Positions 34,901-39,088 of a stretch of DNA of 64,000 nt are shown in pieces. Where the stretch lies: the NCBI GenBank assembly GCA_025355855.1, contig JANXYU010000035.1:20604-84603 (forward strand). The letters are read 5' to 3'. A program made the translations under genes and the position numbers. Below the pieces are notes generated by a model. The model made no database searches. It had not been told where the DNA came from and worked only from the letters and a program-made list of their open reading frames with translations. Each line of letters starts with the position of its first letter. The first letter of the stretch is position 1. The DNA comes from Actinomycetota bacterium. GTDB taxonomy: Bacteria > Actinomycetota > JAHEXW01.

Positions 34901-35516
34901 GCCTGCCTATCGAATCGTCGCGGCCACCCGCAGCAGTCTCCCGATGGGTTCGCACACGATAAGAGTAAAGGTTACGAGCAATAAGAATGCCTTGTCCAGC
35001 GGTTATAGAATTGATGTCGACGCGTTCAAATATGCGGTACCGCGCGTCGGCCACTATCTGTTCGCGCCGCAAGGCCCGGCCACGACGATAATATCGATAG
35101 CCGATCCGACTCACTTCACAGTGGCGAACGCCGGGATGGCTCAGTTGGCGGTCGGCAACACCATCACCATCGACTTCGGCGAAGTGCCGCATCCGGCGCA
35201 ATCGATGACAATCGTCAGTTTGGCGGGCAATGCCGTCGAGGTATCGAGCGGGCTTAACGCCAGTCACACGGTTGACTGCACGGTATCCAACACGACCAAG
35301 GCCAACTGCGCCGGTGTTTGTCACGACCCGTTGCCTGACTATATCAAGAACTCTCAGGAAGCCAAGACCAAGATCACCTGCGTCACCTGTCACCATCCGC
35401 ACGCGACGCCGTATCAAAGGGTTGTCAGGTGGCCGGAAGACACCAAAGTAGGTAATATCGTGACCGAGGGAGCCTGCCTCCACTGTCACAACGGCTCGGT
35501 TAAGTATAATTATTGA
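13983..35516 (+). CDS. Giant (7177 aa) mosaic cell-surface protein: N-terminal TM/signal anchor, tandem Ig-like modules, 8x ~110-aa 'TFTGT..GPNRG' beta-modules, 3x DUF2341, 2x LamG, Gly-rich (PF12810-like) domain, 2x FN3, and a C-terminal OmcS-like multiheme module (10 CXXCH + 1 CX3CH) split by lectin-like insertions
   Basis: 21.5 kb without an in-frame stop; TTG start with RBS GAGGAAAGG; domain signatures read from the translation (see findings); ends in TGA at 35514-35516. Confidence 0.85.
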   Translation: MVKLAKSHPLKFIGLVLGLVVIYVCLGTNVLIRTAQGEGAIGAAWAIHVDTPVTVKLNQTFTVKVGLVDQMGKPLTGRTYGTGYGQFYLPGDAIKNADGQVAEYWADTKNVREVKDKSDNGTGVYAIPVIVKAWPAPVSSNIYTLEASYIGQGAGSADQATDPTFALVDRTTFTADGADGTEGVIRYAPVLTNKLTVKVPVTQPDKPTPEPLQNIVTVRVKPIAQIRDSVHHNRKLSGLADPLDTSNWLAPTAVDNTGHNVAVTFGTIKEETVIKHGAKGNTTVGIGVYDVQLIITSPVTLAGKRAAITFGLDATGVQMKMSTTVNFSTAVEESANYNSLYGVPYLVEVPHTPVIYDDPDMDFFWVGVTPLNAEERFADYDVYPVTDTGEVTNSFYMINEEGLRVRIKCLRLYATIEDPDMIEVGTPPEQVSLNVKGAEMFVREKTGNPAQDVPPAGAGGGAGVGANGTGFAMRAVDGAFNSPYEQVKYDMYPTGSDPTSLYASTLAEKQYLFWVHGKNQLDVWGYYGIDATSIPVPKILSIDRTAPTVSITDPPFENPARQVAGNHLSVAGTVNADNGGTFRSSLNSVEIYDGWDAAWTDAGINLDKYTNTWSTMYDTLFEPGNAYTLQARAIDGAGNMTPAGSYGTRNVIIDNTKPLASVSSPGDGMGYPTGTTNITVTGAVYDPDTATIGDLSFDHYTVEWAPGIKLSGDADTGWTMINSGTAAVGGASTTGTLANWNVGPTGANLTEGPYSLRVRCWDKAGNRSDENPTGYNNLMYVFIDSSNPFSALTVPYVDGSANNWTASTIRGTGRDFMAVGGAQRYEEDAAGISYFTSSGSAGGWALATSTDNSFSNNGARYAATANYYAQFTFTGTYVTWVSTRGPNRGSAQVWIDGAFVKTVNLNAPGVTYYYQQEVFSKTFTTGGSHTLKIVVVSGQVDVDAMDLYAGSGVNLIDTRIRRVADGYYWHDSTDATPSYRNTFQPASAGTPWLAATVNSGRHTAYVTNWQYSVAAIPSHTQVDISTRATDDTGNVEASPTSTRILVQTEAPVTTYQPPANGLNNWYVLVMPDNIVPPLLLTGTEPSSPNAGAKNIYYQWTSTAVGTAPTSGYINYSAASPATSISHILDLDSPSHGLTQDGTRRLWYYSSDIVGNSETPHYTDFSRDIVAPVAPAFTAPQLPDYQYQRATVSLTGNTSDATSGVNKVEMTAQNNAGLYWGGPGTTTWTSTPVWFQISGTTAWTYGFNSVAAAGGDGNYTFRARSTDNAGNVSGVGALTCVIDNTAPTTYHTFSIPSPDGDNGWYKTDISVSLVPRDPAPGSGINLTYGGWNFNNSNVNITGQWGGLSTNPDLNGTYYFGYYSTDNSGNSQTPVFVNFKKDSERPFSTITTPTLDGQYLRRSIAFAGTAWDPTNPGSPGSGLQREEVTIRENFAPFYYWNGVAGAGAAWTATPVWVPATGSTSWTYSWDTLNTNVPQDNADYKLVARAVDNAGGAQVTPVERVVHVDNTPPVVTLVDPPDNEGLVPTDYPIRATFSEKMAPGTINSPAANFIIKNSVGAAMPGTILYSEQGASYFAVFSVTGTFSRGAVLTGVVNRGATDLAGNPVIVNHSASGTSIVGQEPWSAITYSGAGWSTVSDAGASGGAYKHSNVDTNYAEVTFTGTDFKWLSGKGPNYGIAHVWLDDTVDQGTFDLYNASQQYKQAIVNLTGLTDTTHKLKIIVTNAKNAASSDYFIDIDAFEGAVNTTWKFTTAGVDAQIWQPVTGSRVYGQVPIMGQANGEAFQQYKLQYKKNDGTDTFHDFGVVHTTPQVSQVWPFQTDWSDGATGGPSPQEVIDPANPEHPAGRYHTATNITANGADAASSLQLSSAGTVWPYRKAITITNTGAQMTDYQIRVPVTFVTSHMKANFDDIRFTDSNGQDILAHWKESFTASSAAVFWTKIPVVPAGTPANPTVKTIYMNYGNFNAQSGSSNGANVFDRFDDFNDASLNSSVWTNLGGASEGSGTLNFNVDAYNYNDWTAGGRSAPAVKLATPPTGDFTARIKISAFSAQAYTQAGISAYNSDISAYLMGLENNATVTRYQLDKIGGTAIPATYYANNQATKFLYITRLGASYIFQISDIDGTNLQQIGTTPYNDIPLSNVVLFAREWYNPATGTSGYPSVNMDDFFVQKYSGTATASTFVNNVTVGNPGAENMDGPLATAYAASGSLVSSVFNSTSPNDWGLVKWTESVPTGTRITIQVRHNTTAADNNPEDGGWSAWSAPITVSAGEQIPGFNAQYIQYKVNMFANSNATKTPVLNDITFYNGVLETWDTTSLPLGDGSYTIRLLVSDQLTDPPDPWKTDAPGKHSISAQVVVNVENTSKPTSTITAPAIAPPKNTTAVQIKGTTDVTGTGYDEFPGVGKIEIRVKRSSDGLYWSGSGNNWSSNANQWILTTDIEGAAAYRYWKYSLNTTLQDSGNSVFTDGLYTIESKATDKAGAQALLSPDPYPLITIRIDNTPPTGSITFPASNGYVSGGFVSVDGGVNDPPDDANLLDFKLEYRKTGASTWNVIANDSYEHPRLPLGTRYWKQTSGADFNAGSNALANGNGTTLMATTVLAQGTTTTALADTLYLGGAWTFDANSGLYTLVFANRTLLADVDFLTLQGEVRLAPGSWLPYRTILLVGTTTTSFDDTTNIGGVWSNANGLYTLITANRLVSTGVTLQGKLNMGGRVEMDRFLLTDGFNGSSINGTNWLSVDTGGNMSVANAVSVNGPNDSQQMTYTPALATVRNFDRSTTQNIEADFTFSSFTATSLGNAGTYFGWKNTTSLYDLGQYVHAFWIFNGQVNVYNNGASASTGYSLTAGVKYRLRVDLKTAGGATYYFSNDGGMTWTTAYDTAAGTATPLKAGFTNNKYPYLGYPVNTFTFDTVTIQKYLTGPSTYTSAVYDAGASINWNTTGQIKWSEANVNGTTSDVTLQTRTGSSATAGDQNWTGWSTSYTNPAGEAITSVPNRYIQYRVSETYTGTYAPNSPLPAVGDVTLSYTGGTGASQLEYWNTSGLQEGTYTLRLTITDKAGNTNTTPIESKPVTLDKTAPHASLNNIGTVFGAKRYIRANIGLTGTADDGMWTNRMPIAITNPTGSAQTDYQVKVPVTFAAGMRSDFNDLRFTDGSGNKLPYWIETFTASSAATVWVLLPALPSPGGTTIYMTYGNSAADVTNQSFNKVMRDANDMANAYRQDLPVTGAVGLWHLETPTTSGLNYLWTDSTANANNAVLDNGAWSYTQYGHMQGAAGAYFDGIDDVATVANSASLQALTGNATFEFWIYPQNISAGRSNPIDKSYGGQFSFTLETNGSLTYYHGTAKTNGSYTTFMAVPPGSLENNNWYHVAVVRDNTAKTLKGYLNGVLVSSTTYTILPGAATDNMTFGIGYAGTPFKGLLDEVRISNAALTSDAIMKDVGIRKWSASEPVAGAPGANAANIYEWGNFGHYELTFAGPEGGTIPPAFAGGTTPVTGGALGTWNTRAVQDGDNYSVKLYDIDLANNTATTSLTGMTIDNTPPRVSSMVPAKNETFVDDRISQKAYFTESVRAATLDTPAVSFTKKLMNLPNTLVAGTVKYTELGAMYYATFTQTTPPLTYDAWYTDTISPAVKDQAGNPLAVAFEETDALVSYTGTGWTDATSASASGGAYKWSNTAADDVTIGFDTDTAAGTGTAVAWVGQKGPNRGIARVYLDGVDVGTIDQYSATTVWQQPLYKTGDFTNGHHTLRIVATGTKNGASSDTRVDVDAFWLDFNTVWNFQVAGIEVGISSPTPNQRLRGTAPITGTADGSVASFQNWILEYAPHGTNSWTNITTSTTRVVNGLLANWATPASGQYDVRLTVNDTTSPTPRFKQKTVVVTVDNTNPTVSVDRLTYFRDSFDARDATNWSYNNALTTVPVSLNGQNVIRNVGAGGQTWASNFYRPNYTIKDRDQVSFDFRMASGATSFYNFLEGNDNQGEYMRWGIVATAPSSIVAESKDKSGYASTALALGDMTNKWFHATLSVDDAAAGTFSTFVYEINNPGNSATFTKAMPRGISWRFHSSMDVGTGYIDNYEEVRPAAATVIQGQSFTLAGTANDALTGIDDVQINIDGRAWWEPMGPSTIVDTCDAIAGWASSSGTLLLNAPDIVSSFSSNGTFVMPSGPSTVKALVVGGGGGGANTGSGGGAGGYIYQSALSLTPGSYPIVVGGGGAGGATTAAAGTKGNNSTFAGMTAEGGGNGVSHGSGNGGNGGSGGGGAISTTTLFAGGTGSQGNAGGAGFLETNWLGNSGGGGGAGTAGVTGGNYPGAGNGGTGLSNFISGSAVTYAGGGGAGEVNGSYVGVGVDGGGNANVNAAGSNGVNGRGGGGGGGSYNSGTYTNGGSGGSGVVIVSYADSSGTSQIEGNSALRLQKTSTASTQNAFSKTISATDMSGKRINVWLYVRDATARNKISQVQMYVGGSTWLLQKAVDRSSLAIGWNTISIDMMSPDGVWFSGGTPDLRSVTTIRLDVNTNNASDLYGSGEFIMDRWTLSPSTRVDQSVGTTSTGLVGDWHLDENAATTAIDSTGNNNGTVSGTGYWTTGRYGASAMLGSGDDMVNVPETNTALRLGAQQSTEAWVKFNGTAADSVRLVGKGNGNNRNYGLWLMTDGSILNQFQNTSWAVYSCQSTTKVNDGAWHHVVGTYNGSVMKVYIDGVEAASYSPGAITPVTSVDPLTIGYGNAGAALNGVIDEVKVYNVALTADQVSSRYVEGPVTSGSPYLTYQGNWRHLLNPVGTYMSGGSVKTSNHATDTATVTFTGTSVTWIGTRGPDRGIAQLFVDGFRVTDGDTLLTGDTGTGSNGLPNMSGFDLYSVAGSYRQLLYTKSGLSNAQHTLTITVTGAKNGAATDGYVDVDAVDLGNAYPWTYTFSTAGWAAGAHTLTARTFDKAGNTATAPTAYTINIDDADPVVALTSPADGIWSNASAFDIKGRATDADFNYYMLEYGLTASPSYWFPVNSNPRYNQVTGTPPNDYLGKFKPPYATLDPGNQFLAGWDRASAEGWTAAGFTAGLSNGAIGGTTNSTDASLTSPGIALDSNVSKVLHVRMKNANTAGDSAQFYWLYSYPYSGYYVTGNEFLQLGELQPTTQNENGTFSASRGISWPLGPASYAGKWVDYRLNMKTGQVSGTARTEGPTTTTGTWTTETNPDASDGTSLYATAAGSASYTFSNNNISVFTTKGPNRGKARVYFDNALIVDGDNKLTTDNPNDINKSGLDLYAPVTLGQQLVYSKTAIPDVYTLSSPRTLSSGSSLQSQMNLTAGSVLSIGSTLKIGTIAQNAGDVANIGGFWTGTGPWTLIGTRAIINSNVGLQGPLTVVQGAILLANSAINTNSTTNSLVDTLNVGGNWVFSNTHTIKIEYTGEKNTLSTGTRIDVDAYEDTSLLQDYPTGWPAVGFWAGTITQIRLDPNSTSGNIFGVDYISREASDGVYKIRLSAYDRAGRTASTQRTINVDTTPPKCILTTPTNMQFLSSGTNVSVTGNAGDYNTNGVQSGVNKVEVRVIAGVNGLTANPGPWQLATGTTSWSKTISIADGWYGVQARATDNAGNIRESNIVYVTVDNTPPPVPRLRAVTSKTAGGILLSWTPVKDEGSGVDYYVVYRNNVPITDKLYYPDMRTIDTVETGTTPKNFGGSSDEIFRKYYGCNAIDKDGFGFNANANVRYAVRAVDAAGNYSAKYSLAVYYDTRPPDAPGNPAASVAGVTNTGLLSWSPSADNQGVAEYRIYRGTSPGFVAPDETKQVGSCDVSDPGSGATTVTKFYDPNLAWNQDYYYKVVAFDDMMNYSSPSAEVHIKTPASKTDFNSALPHLAYSSNPTECALCHRAHTAKGEKLINETYEAKLCFTCHDGSGSNSPTKAEFDYSPSGAHRVRDELYPAGKLSCIDCHNPHLNTEAASVDNFDDDLRLNTDPVTGKPISIIPTVPSDWTCTGGNWAMSTSLIGSPAYPDPTHAELRQSDTGASAAFAKKDTGLVGIASKGGYFSTEVKLNSDGRAYLSIAGDGSASSGLIGSITRTGSSAVFSLTDGITTKTASFAYDSAIQYRINLKINPERWVQGTVTTVTKADLPDGHDTITDAAVARGDFIASATSFVGSWVGLGTSGASADFDMVKINNPGMLQTRYREFTQTSGSSYSIPDDRVLTEAFCLSCHGTSNDNPGGSQMQYYTSIHNPEMGGMQGQISDQDLTNYVRNNPGQVTPRWQVIRDEWKDLKTNPAYVLLGTGQTIGSSLKNTSNGCFYCHGYHGLQFYYRTQKGEEELCYNCHGRTANKSRDGWNVYQQYNGFVQQNSPFLTYAGTWLTEESANYGDNAVKYAVGGVVVPPWYNASWVSRKLITINNPNVGVDNYQVKLTIAKEPGMKADYSDLRFATSDGTTMRTFWMEKYDSASAIVWVNLPRLDSGNSSNNNKLYLYYGNPGAASASNIVGTFLYADDFTATTIDSSWSPVGSVTMDGTAAGWVTLNSVGATGPATITHSYPVQTGDYVVEAKAKFPSVYRQRPRLLKSDNTDPTGITDYGFGDNQVTVTAYGGGTTLTDYMTSWWNGDPSATTAVPPWDNNAGNDYVTGLTPQELLMQYKLQASPQQFTWQYYDYAGYNSGGAPLRTHSTTGGTTNTYAKVQFSGSQSDNSDWLIDWVRVRKYLPTDPTVVYSPPDGTTANSVSFTFTGTEFSWASTKGPDRGVATVFIDNVSQGDVNLQLPPEQGYLYNTTVFNKQYLSLTPHTVVITAKAGRVDIDAVQGGTNGSRHGLTIRDAQIKCTSCHGQRAMTDRHVYEGFATSIIANPANIKQYWSDMRNVNKTINDYCNTCHKEADTRGRVLRETHTSSKIIPYTIKYPPLITTTSANGFDRTGYTLGDIYPIQENFTGVVKYPLAAWTTDSPGTDDYEGGEDIYSSPTSPDITAYVEYTFTGTYCAYVARYGPDSGIAQVLIDGQRYTDGNVSLPGDNPNEYSGVDLYSSVPAYRIVAATRSSLPMGSHTIRVKVTSNKNALSSGYRIDVDAFKYAVPRVGHYLFAPQGPATTIISIADPTHFTVANAGMAQLAVGNTITIDFGEVPHPAQSMTIVSLAGNAVEVSSGLNASHTVDCTVSNTTKANCAGVCHDPLPDYIKNSQEAKTKITCVTCHHPHATPYQRVVRWPEDTKVGNIVTEGACLHCHNGSVKYNY

Positions 35517-35518
35517 TG

Positions 35519-35527
35519 TGGTATAAT
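35519..35527 (+). promoter_or_regulatory. Extended -10 element TGgTATAAT at the very 3' end of the giant gene, positioned to drive the downstream cytochrome gene
   Basis: TG at 35519-35520, TATAAT at 35522-35527; no obvious -35. Confidence 0.3.
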
Positions 35528-35563
35528 CGAAAAACACCAGTCAACAGCGATAATGAGGGAGAA

Positions 35564-37978
35564 ATGATGAACCGATTGCACCGGTTCCAGCCGGTAGGTA
35601 GGGGCGGATTTACCCCGTGGTTGATTGCGGCGGTCGGCGTTTTGGCAACGCTGTTTCTGACCTATTTCTCCGCTTCCGGGCTGACCTACAAAAATATTGA
35701 AACGGATTATCAGAAGACTTATTCCCATTACGCTCCGGCGGGCAAGCACAGCGATACCGAAACCTATGCCTGGGATCCGTCCCTTGGCTCGACCGACGTC
35801 GAACGGCTGACGGCCAATCTCAGCAAGCGGCACGCTAATTGCGACGACTGCCATGATCCGCATTCGGCCACGCGAGCCTCGTCACCTCTCGGTAGCTATT
35901 TCGGCGCCGGGACGCAAGCCAATGTCAGCGGCGTCCGCCCGGTTTACGGATTGACGGCAGGCACGGTACCGCAGTTCGCTTTCGAAGCCTCAGTCGTCAA
36001 AGAGTACGAGCTCTGTTTCAAGTGCCATTCCAGCTATGCTTTCAACTACGATTTGTATCAGGCGACCTATGGACACCCAATGGCGTTCAACTGGACAAAG
36101 CGGCGTTACTGGCAGCCCGGCGATCCGGGGACTGACGATATTATCAACGAGACGGATACCGCCAAAGAATTCAACCCGAACAACGTTTCTTACCACCCCG
36201 TGCTAAAGCAAGGACCAATCCCGGGAAACAAGACTCTAACCTGGGCCAACGGAATATATTTCGACGAGACGTTCGTGCCGGGGATGGGCGCGGGCAGCTA
36301 CATAAAATGCAGCGACTGCCATACCAGCGACACCAATAACGCCAAAGGCCCGCACGGGTCCAACCAGCGTTATATCCTAGCGGCGCGCGCGCCGACGCAG
36401 GAACCGACGATTACCCGGTCCATCACACTTGGCGCCATCCGGCCGACCAACGGGGGCGGCCGATCTGCGGCGGCCATGGTCTGGTACATCCGGACAACTG
36501 AACTCCTCTGTTATAAATGCCATAGCGTCGACTATTATGGTCCAGGCAAAGGGCATCCGTCGCACGGTAAGCATTCGACCAACTGTACCTGGCACCGGCC
36601 TATCGCCTTAGATGAAGTAGGCTGCGCGACGTGCAAGGCGACGCCGATTCACGGCTCAGTGGCGACACCTTATTTGATGATTTTTAATAACGGCAGCTGG
36701 TGCTACAACTGCCACCCGTTTAGGGCTGGCGCGCGCGGTTCCGACTATATGGGCGGCGAACCGTCCTGCCCCCGCTTCTATTCCGTTGCCTCCGACGGGA
36801 CGACAGTCGAAGAGACCCGCGTCCACTTCCAGTCCTCTCGCCTGAAGGCGGGCGCTGAGTACGATGTGCCCCTGCCGACGCCGGACATGCCTAACCTGAA
36901 GGGCCTGGGCAACATCCCGGCCTACAGATACTACAATCGCGACGACGACTACGTCCTGTTCAAAAAAGGCACACCGGTCATCGATGCGAAAGCCAACACA
37001 TACTCGGTCACCTTCAACCAACCCTCCTCGGGCGACAGGCCCGACGGCCAACCGGTGGGCGAGGTCGGCTACGAGGACCAGATATCATTGTGGACGGTAG
37101 ACCACGCCAAAGACAGTCAGGTCTATGTCTCCGTCGAGGGGAACGTGACCGCAGTCAAACCTACCGACGTAGTCACGCCGAAGACGGCCACCGACAACCT
37201 GGGCAACGACGTAACCGACGTCATCGCTCGCCGGACGCTCTCGACCGAGGACCGCTCCGGCTGGTTTACCGGCACCGTCGGCTACGGCAACACCATCGAC
37301 GAGATCTACAAATCAGGCAACTCCTTCGTCATGGACTTCGGGGACTTGAGTTCCGCCAAGACGGTCAAGCTCCTCTGGGGCGTCAACGAGGAGAAAGGCG
37401 GCAAACTGCCGATATACGTCCAGACGAAGAACGCCAAAGGACAATGGGTCACCCGAGGGAGTGCCCGACACTCCGAGGACCGTTTCGGCTACCTCGACTT
37501 GACCGGACTCTTCCCCAAGGGGACCCGTCACTTCCAGGTGAAGATCATCCCAACCTTGAACTCCATTGACTACATGGCGATCGCCACGAAAGACTCGCCC
37601 GTCAAGGTAAATAAGCTACCTATCAAGCAAGCGACCTATACCAAGTATCAGGGAGAGACGACCGACGTCACGGCCTTACTAAACGCGCGCGACAACCAAT
37701 ACGTCACATATGATTATCGCGATACGAGCAATCTCTTATTCACCATACCCGCCAAGGACAAGACCTTGACGCGACGCGACTTCCTGTTCGCGCCCGTCGG
37801 CTACTACGAGACTGGCGGCGACATCAACCCGAAAGCAACGCTGGACCCAATGACGGCGGAGAAGGCGCAAGACTTCGCCACGGTCACTCCGGCCGGCGGT
37901 TACGCCAATCATTACAACATCGGCTTGATCGACCCGGGCGCTTGGAACGAGACTTGGGATAGCAGGCTGGTGAAGTGA
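35564..37978 (+). CDS. Membrane-anchored pentaheme c-type cytochrome (N-terminal ~400 aa) fused to a C-terminal ~400-aa beta-rich domain of unknown function (ORF-track start 35513; ATG 35564 with RBS GAGGGAG preferred)
   Basis: TM helix; CDDCHDPH, CFKCH, CSDCHTSDTNNAKGPHGS, CYKCH, CYNCH; no heme motifs in the C-terminal half. Confidence 0.8.
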   Translation: MMNRLHRFQPVGRGGFTPWLIAAVGVLATLFLTYFSASGLTYKNIETDYQKTYSHYAPAGKHSDTETYAWDPSLGSTDVERLTANLSKRHANCDDCHDPHSATRASSPLGSYFGAGTQANVSGVRPVYGLTAGTVPQFAFEASVVKEYELCFKCHSSYAFNYDLYQATYGHPMAFNWTKRRYWQPGDPGTDDIINETDTAKEFNPNNVSYHPVLKQGPIPGNKTLTWANGIYFDETFVPGMGAGSYIKCSDCHTSDTNNAKGPHGSNQRYILAARAPTQEPTITRSITLGAIRPTNGGGRSAAAMVWYIRTTELLCYKCHSVDYYGPGKGHPSHGKHSTNCTWHRPIALDEVGCATCKATPIHGSVATPYLMIFNNGSWCYNCHPFRAGARGSDYMGGEPSCPRFYSVASDGTTVEETRVHFQSSRLKAGAEYDVPLPTPDMPNLKGLGNIPAYRYYNRDDDYVLFKKGTPVIDAKANTYSVTFNQPSSGDRPDGQPVGEVGYEDQISLWTVDHAKDSQVYVSVEGNVTAVKPTDVVTPKTATDNLGNDVTDVIARRTLSTEDRSGWFTGTVGYGNTIDEIYKSGNSFVMDFGDLSSAKTVKLLWGVNEEKGGKLPIYVQTKNAKGQWVTRGSARHSEDRFGYLDLTGLFPKGTRHFQVKIIPTLNSIDYMAIATKDSPVKVNKLPIKQATYTKYQGETTDVTALLNARDNQYVTYDYRDTSNLLFTIPAKDKTLTRRDFLFAPVGYYETGGDINPKATLDPMTAEKAQDFATVTPAGGYANHYNIGLIDPGAWNETWDSRLVK

Positions 37979-39087
37979 GCCGGCGCGCCATTATGGCCAC
38001 CATTGGCGTTGTCATAGCGGCGATCGTGCTAATTGGCGGAGGATACCTGCTCTACCGGTATCTGAGGCCGAGTTACAAGTTGCAAGCGGTATATGTAACG
38101 ACAGAACCAAAGTTGGACGGCCAAGGGAATGACGCGGTCTGGAAAAACGCGCCGGAGCTGACGATTCCGATAGATCAGGCCGAGCCGATTACGATTAAGG
38201 CGGTCTATACGAAGACCAAGATTTTCTTTCTGGCGCGTTATGCCGATTCGAGCCAAGACGCGGTCTTCTCGCCCTGGGTGTACGACGGCAAGACTTGGGC
38301 ACACGGACGCCGCGGGGACGCTCTGGAGCTGTTTTTTGACATCGGAAACTCGGTGGTTGGTTTCCCGGACAAGGGTTTCAAGATAATGACCTACGGGTTT
38401 AAGCCGGGTTTAGAGATTTATAATTTTGGCCAGATAAACAAAGGGAAAAGCAAGAAGGTCTGGCCGGGCAGCCGGGGACGCGCCGATGTATGGCTGATGG
38501 GCGCGGGTAACGGGGCCGCTTTCGGAATCGGAGACGATATGATCTACCAGGCTAATCAGGACTATCTATTCAGTCCGGAGACAAGTCAGGCGCAAGTTTG
38601 GCCGCAATGGGATCAATTCACGAATCTTCGGGCCATCAACTTGAATAGTGACACGTGGCGCGAGGCCATCGCGGCCAGTGAAGGCGGCGAAGCGAAAAGC
38701 GTTAAGCAGGAGCAGCCGTATCTAATGTACACAGAGGGATTGAATCTCAACAATACGCCATATCCCTTCGACGATCAGCTGACGCCGATGACCGCCAGCG
38801 CGACCGCTCGAGCGGGCGACAAACTGCCTTTTGTCTACTACGCTCGCGATACCAAGGGAAATTGGGGTGGCAGCCGGGGAGACGTTAAGGGCACCATGAA
38901 ATGGTTGGCCGGAAACTGGACCGTCGAGATGGGCCGAAGTCTGAACACCAAGAACCCGGACGACATCGTATTTCGGACCAGAGAAGTAAATAACGTTCAT
39001 TTCGGGGCTTTGGTGCGGCGCGACGGGCAGACGACCCGGTTTAGCCCGCCGGCCACACTTGAGCTAGTGCCCCAGGGAGGCGAATAG
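37975..39087 (+). CDS. DOMON/CBM9/EB_dh-like secreted protein, family member 1 (TM-anchored, no heme-c motif)
   Basis: Family motifs: KLDGQGNDAVWKNAPELTI, GDDMIY, NNTPYPFD, WGGSRGDV, LNTKNPDDIVF; GTG start overlapping the upstream stop. Confidence 0.65.
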   Translation: MSRRAIMATIGVVIAAIVLIGGGYLLYRYLRPSYKLQAVYVTTEPKLDGQGNDAVWKNAPELTIPIDQAEPITIKAVYTKTKIFFLARYADSSQDAVFSPWVYDGKTWAHGRRGDALELFFDIGNSVVGFPDKGFKIMTYGFKPGLEIYNFGQINKGKSKKVWPGSRGRADVWLMGAGNGAAFGIGDDMIYQANQDYLFSPETSQAQVWPQWDQFTNLRAINLNSDTWREAIAASEGGEAKSVKQEQPYLMYTEGLNLNNTPYPFDDQLTPMTASATARAGDKLPFVYYARDTKGNWGGSRGDVKGTMKWLAGNWTVEMGRSLNTKNPDDIVFRTREVNNVHFGALVRRDGQTTRFSPPATLELVPQGGE

Positions 39088-39088
39088 C

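Noticed and set aside
34257-35537. Long minus-strand ORFs (e.g. 34257-35537, 15798-16730, 27948-28700, 10526-11479, 47358-48287, 45668-46288) antisense to the + strand genes
   Set aside because: High GC content suppresses stop codons on the antisense strand. All lie fully inside + strand ORFs that have strong domain or motif support, and the products are Arg/Pro/Gly-rich low-complexity sequence with no recognisable motifs or RBS.
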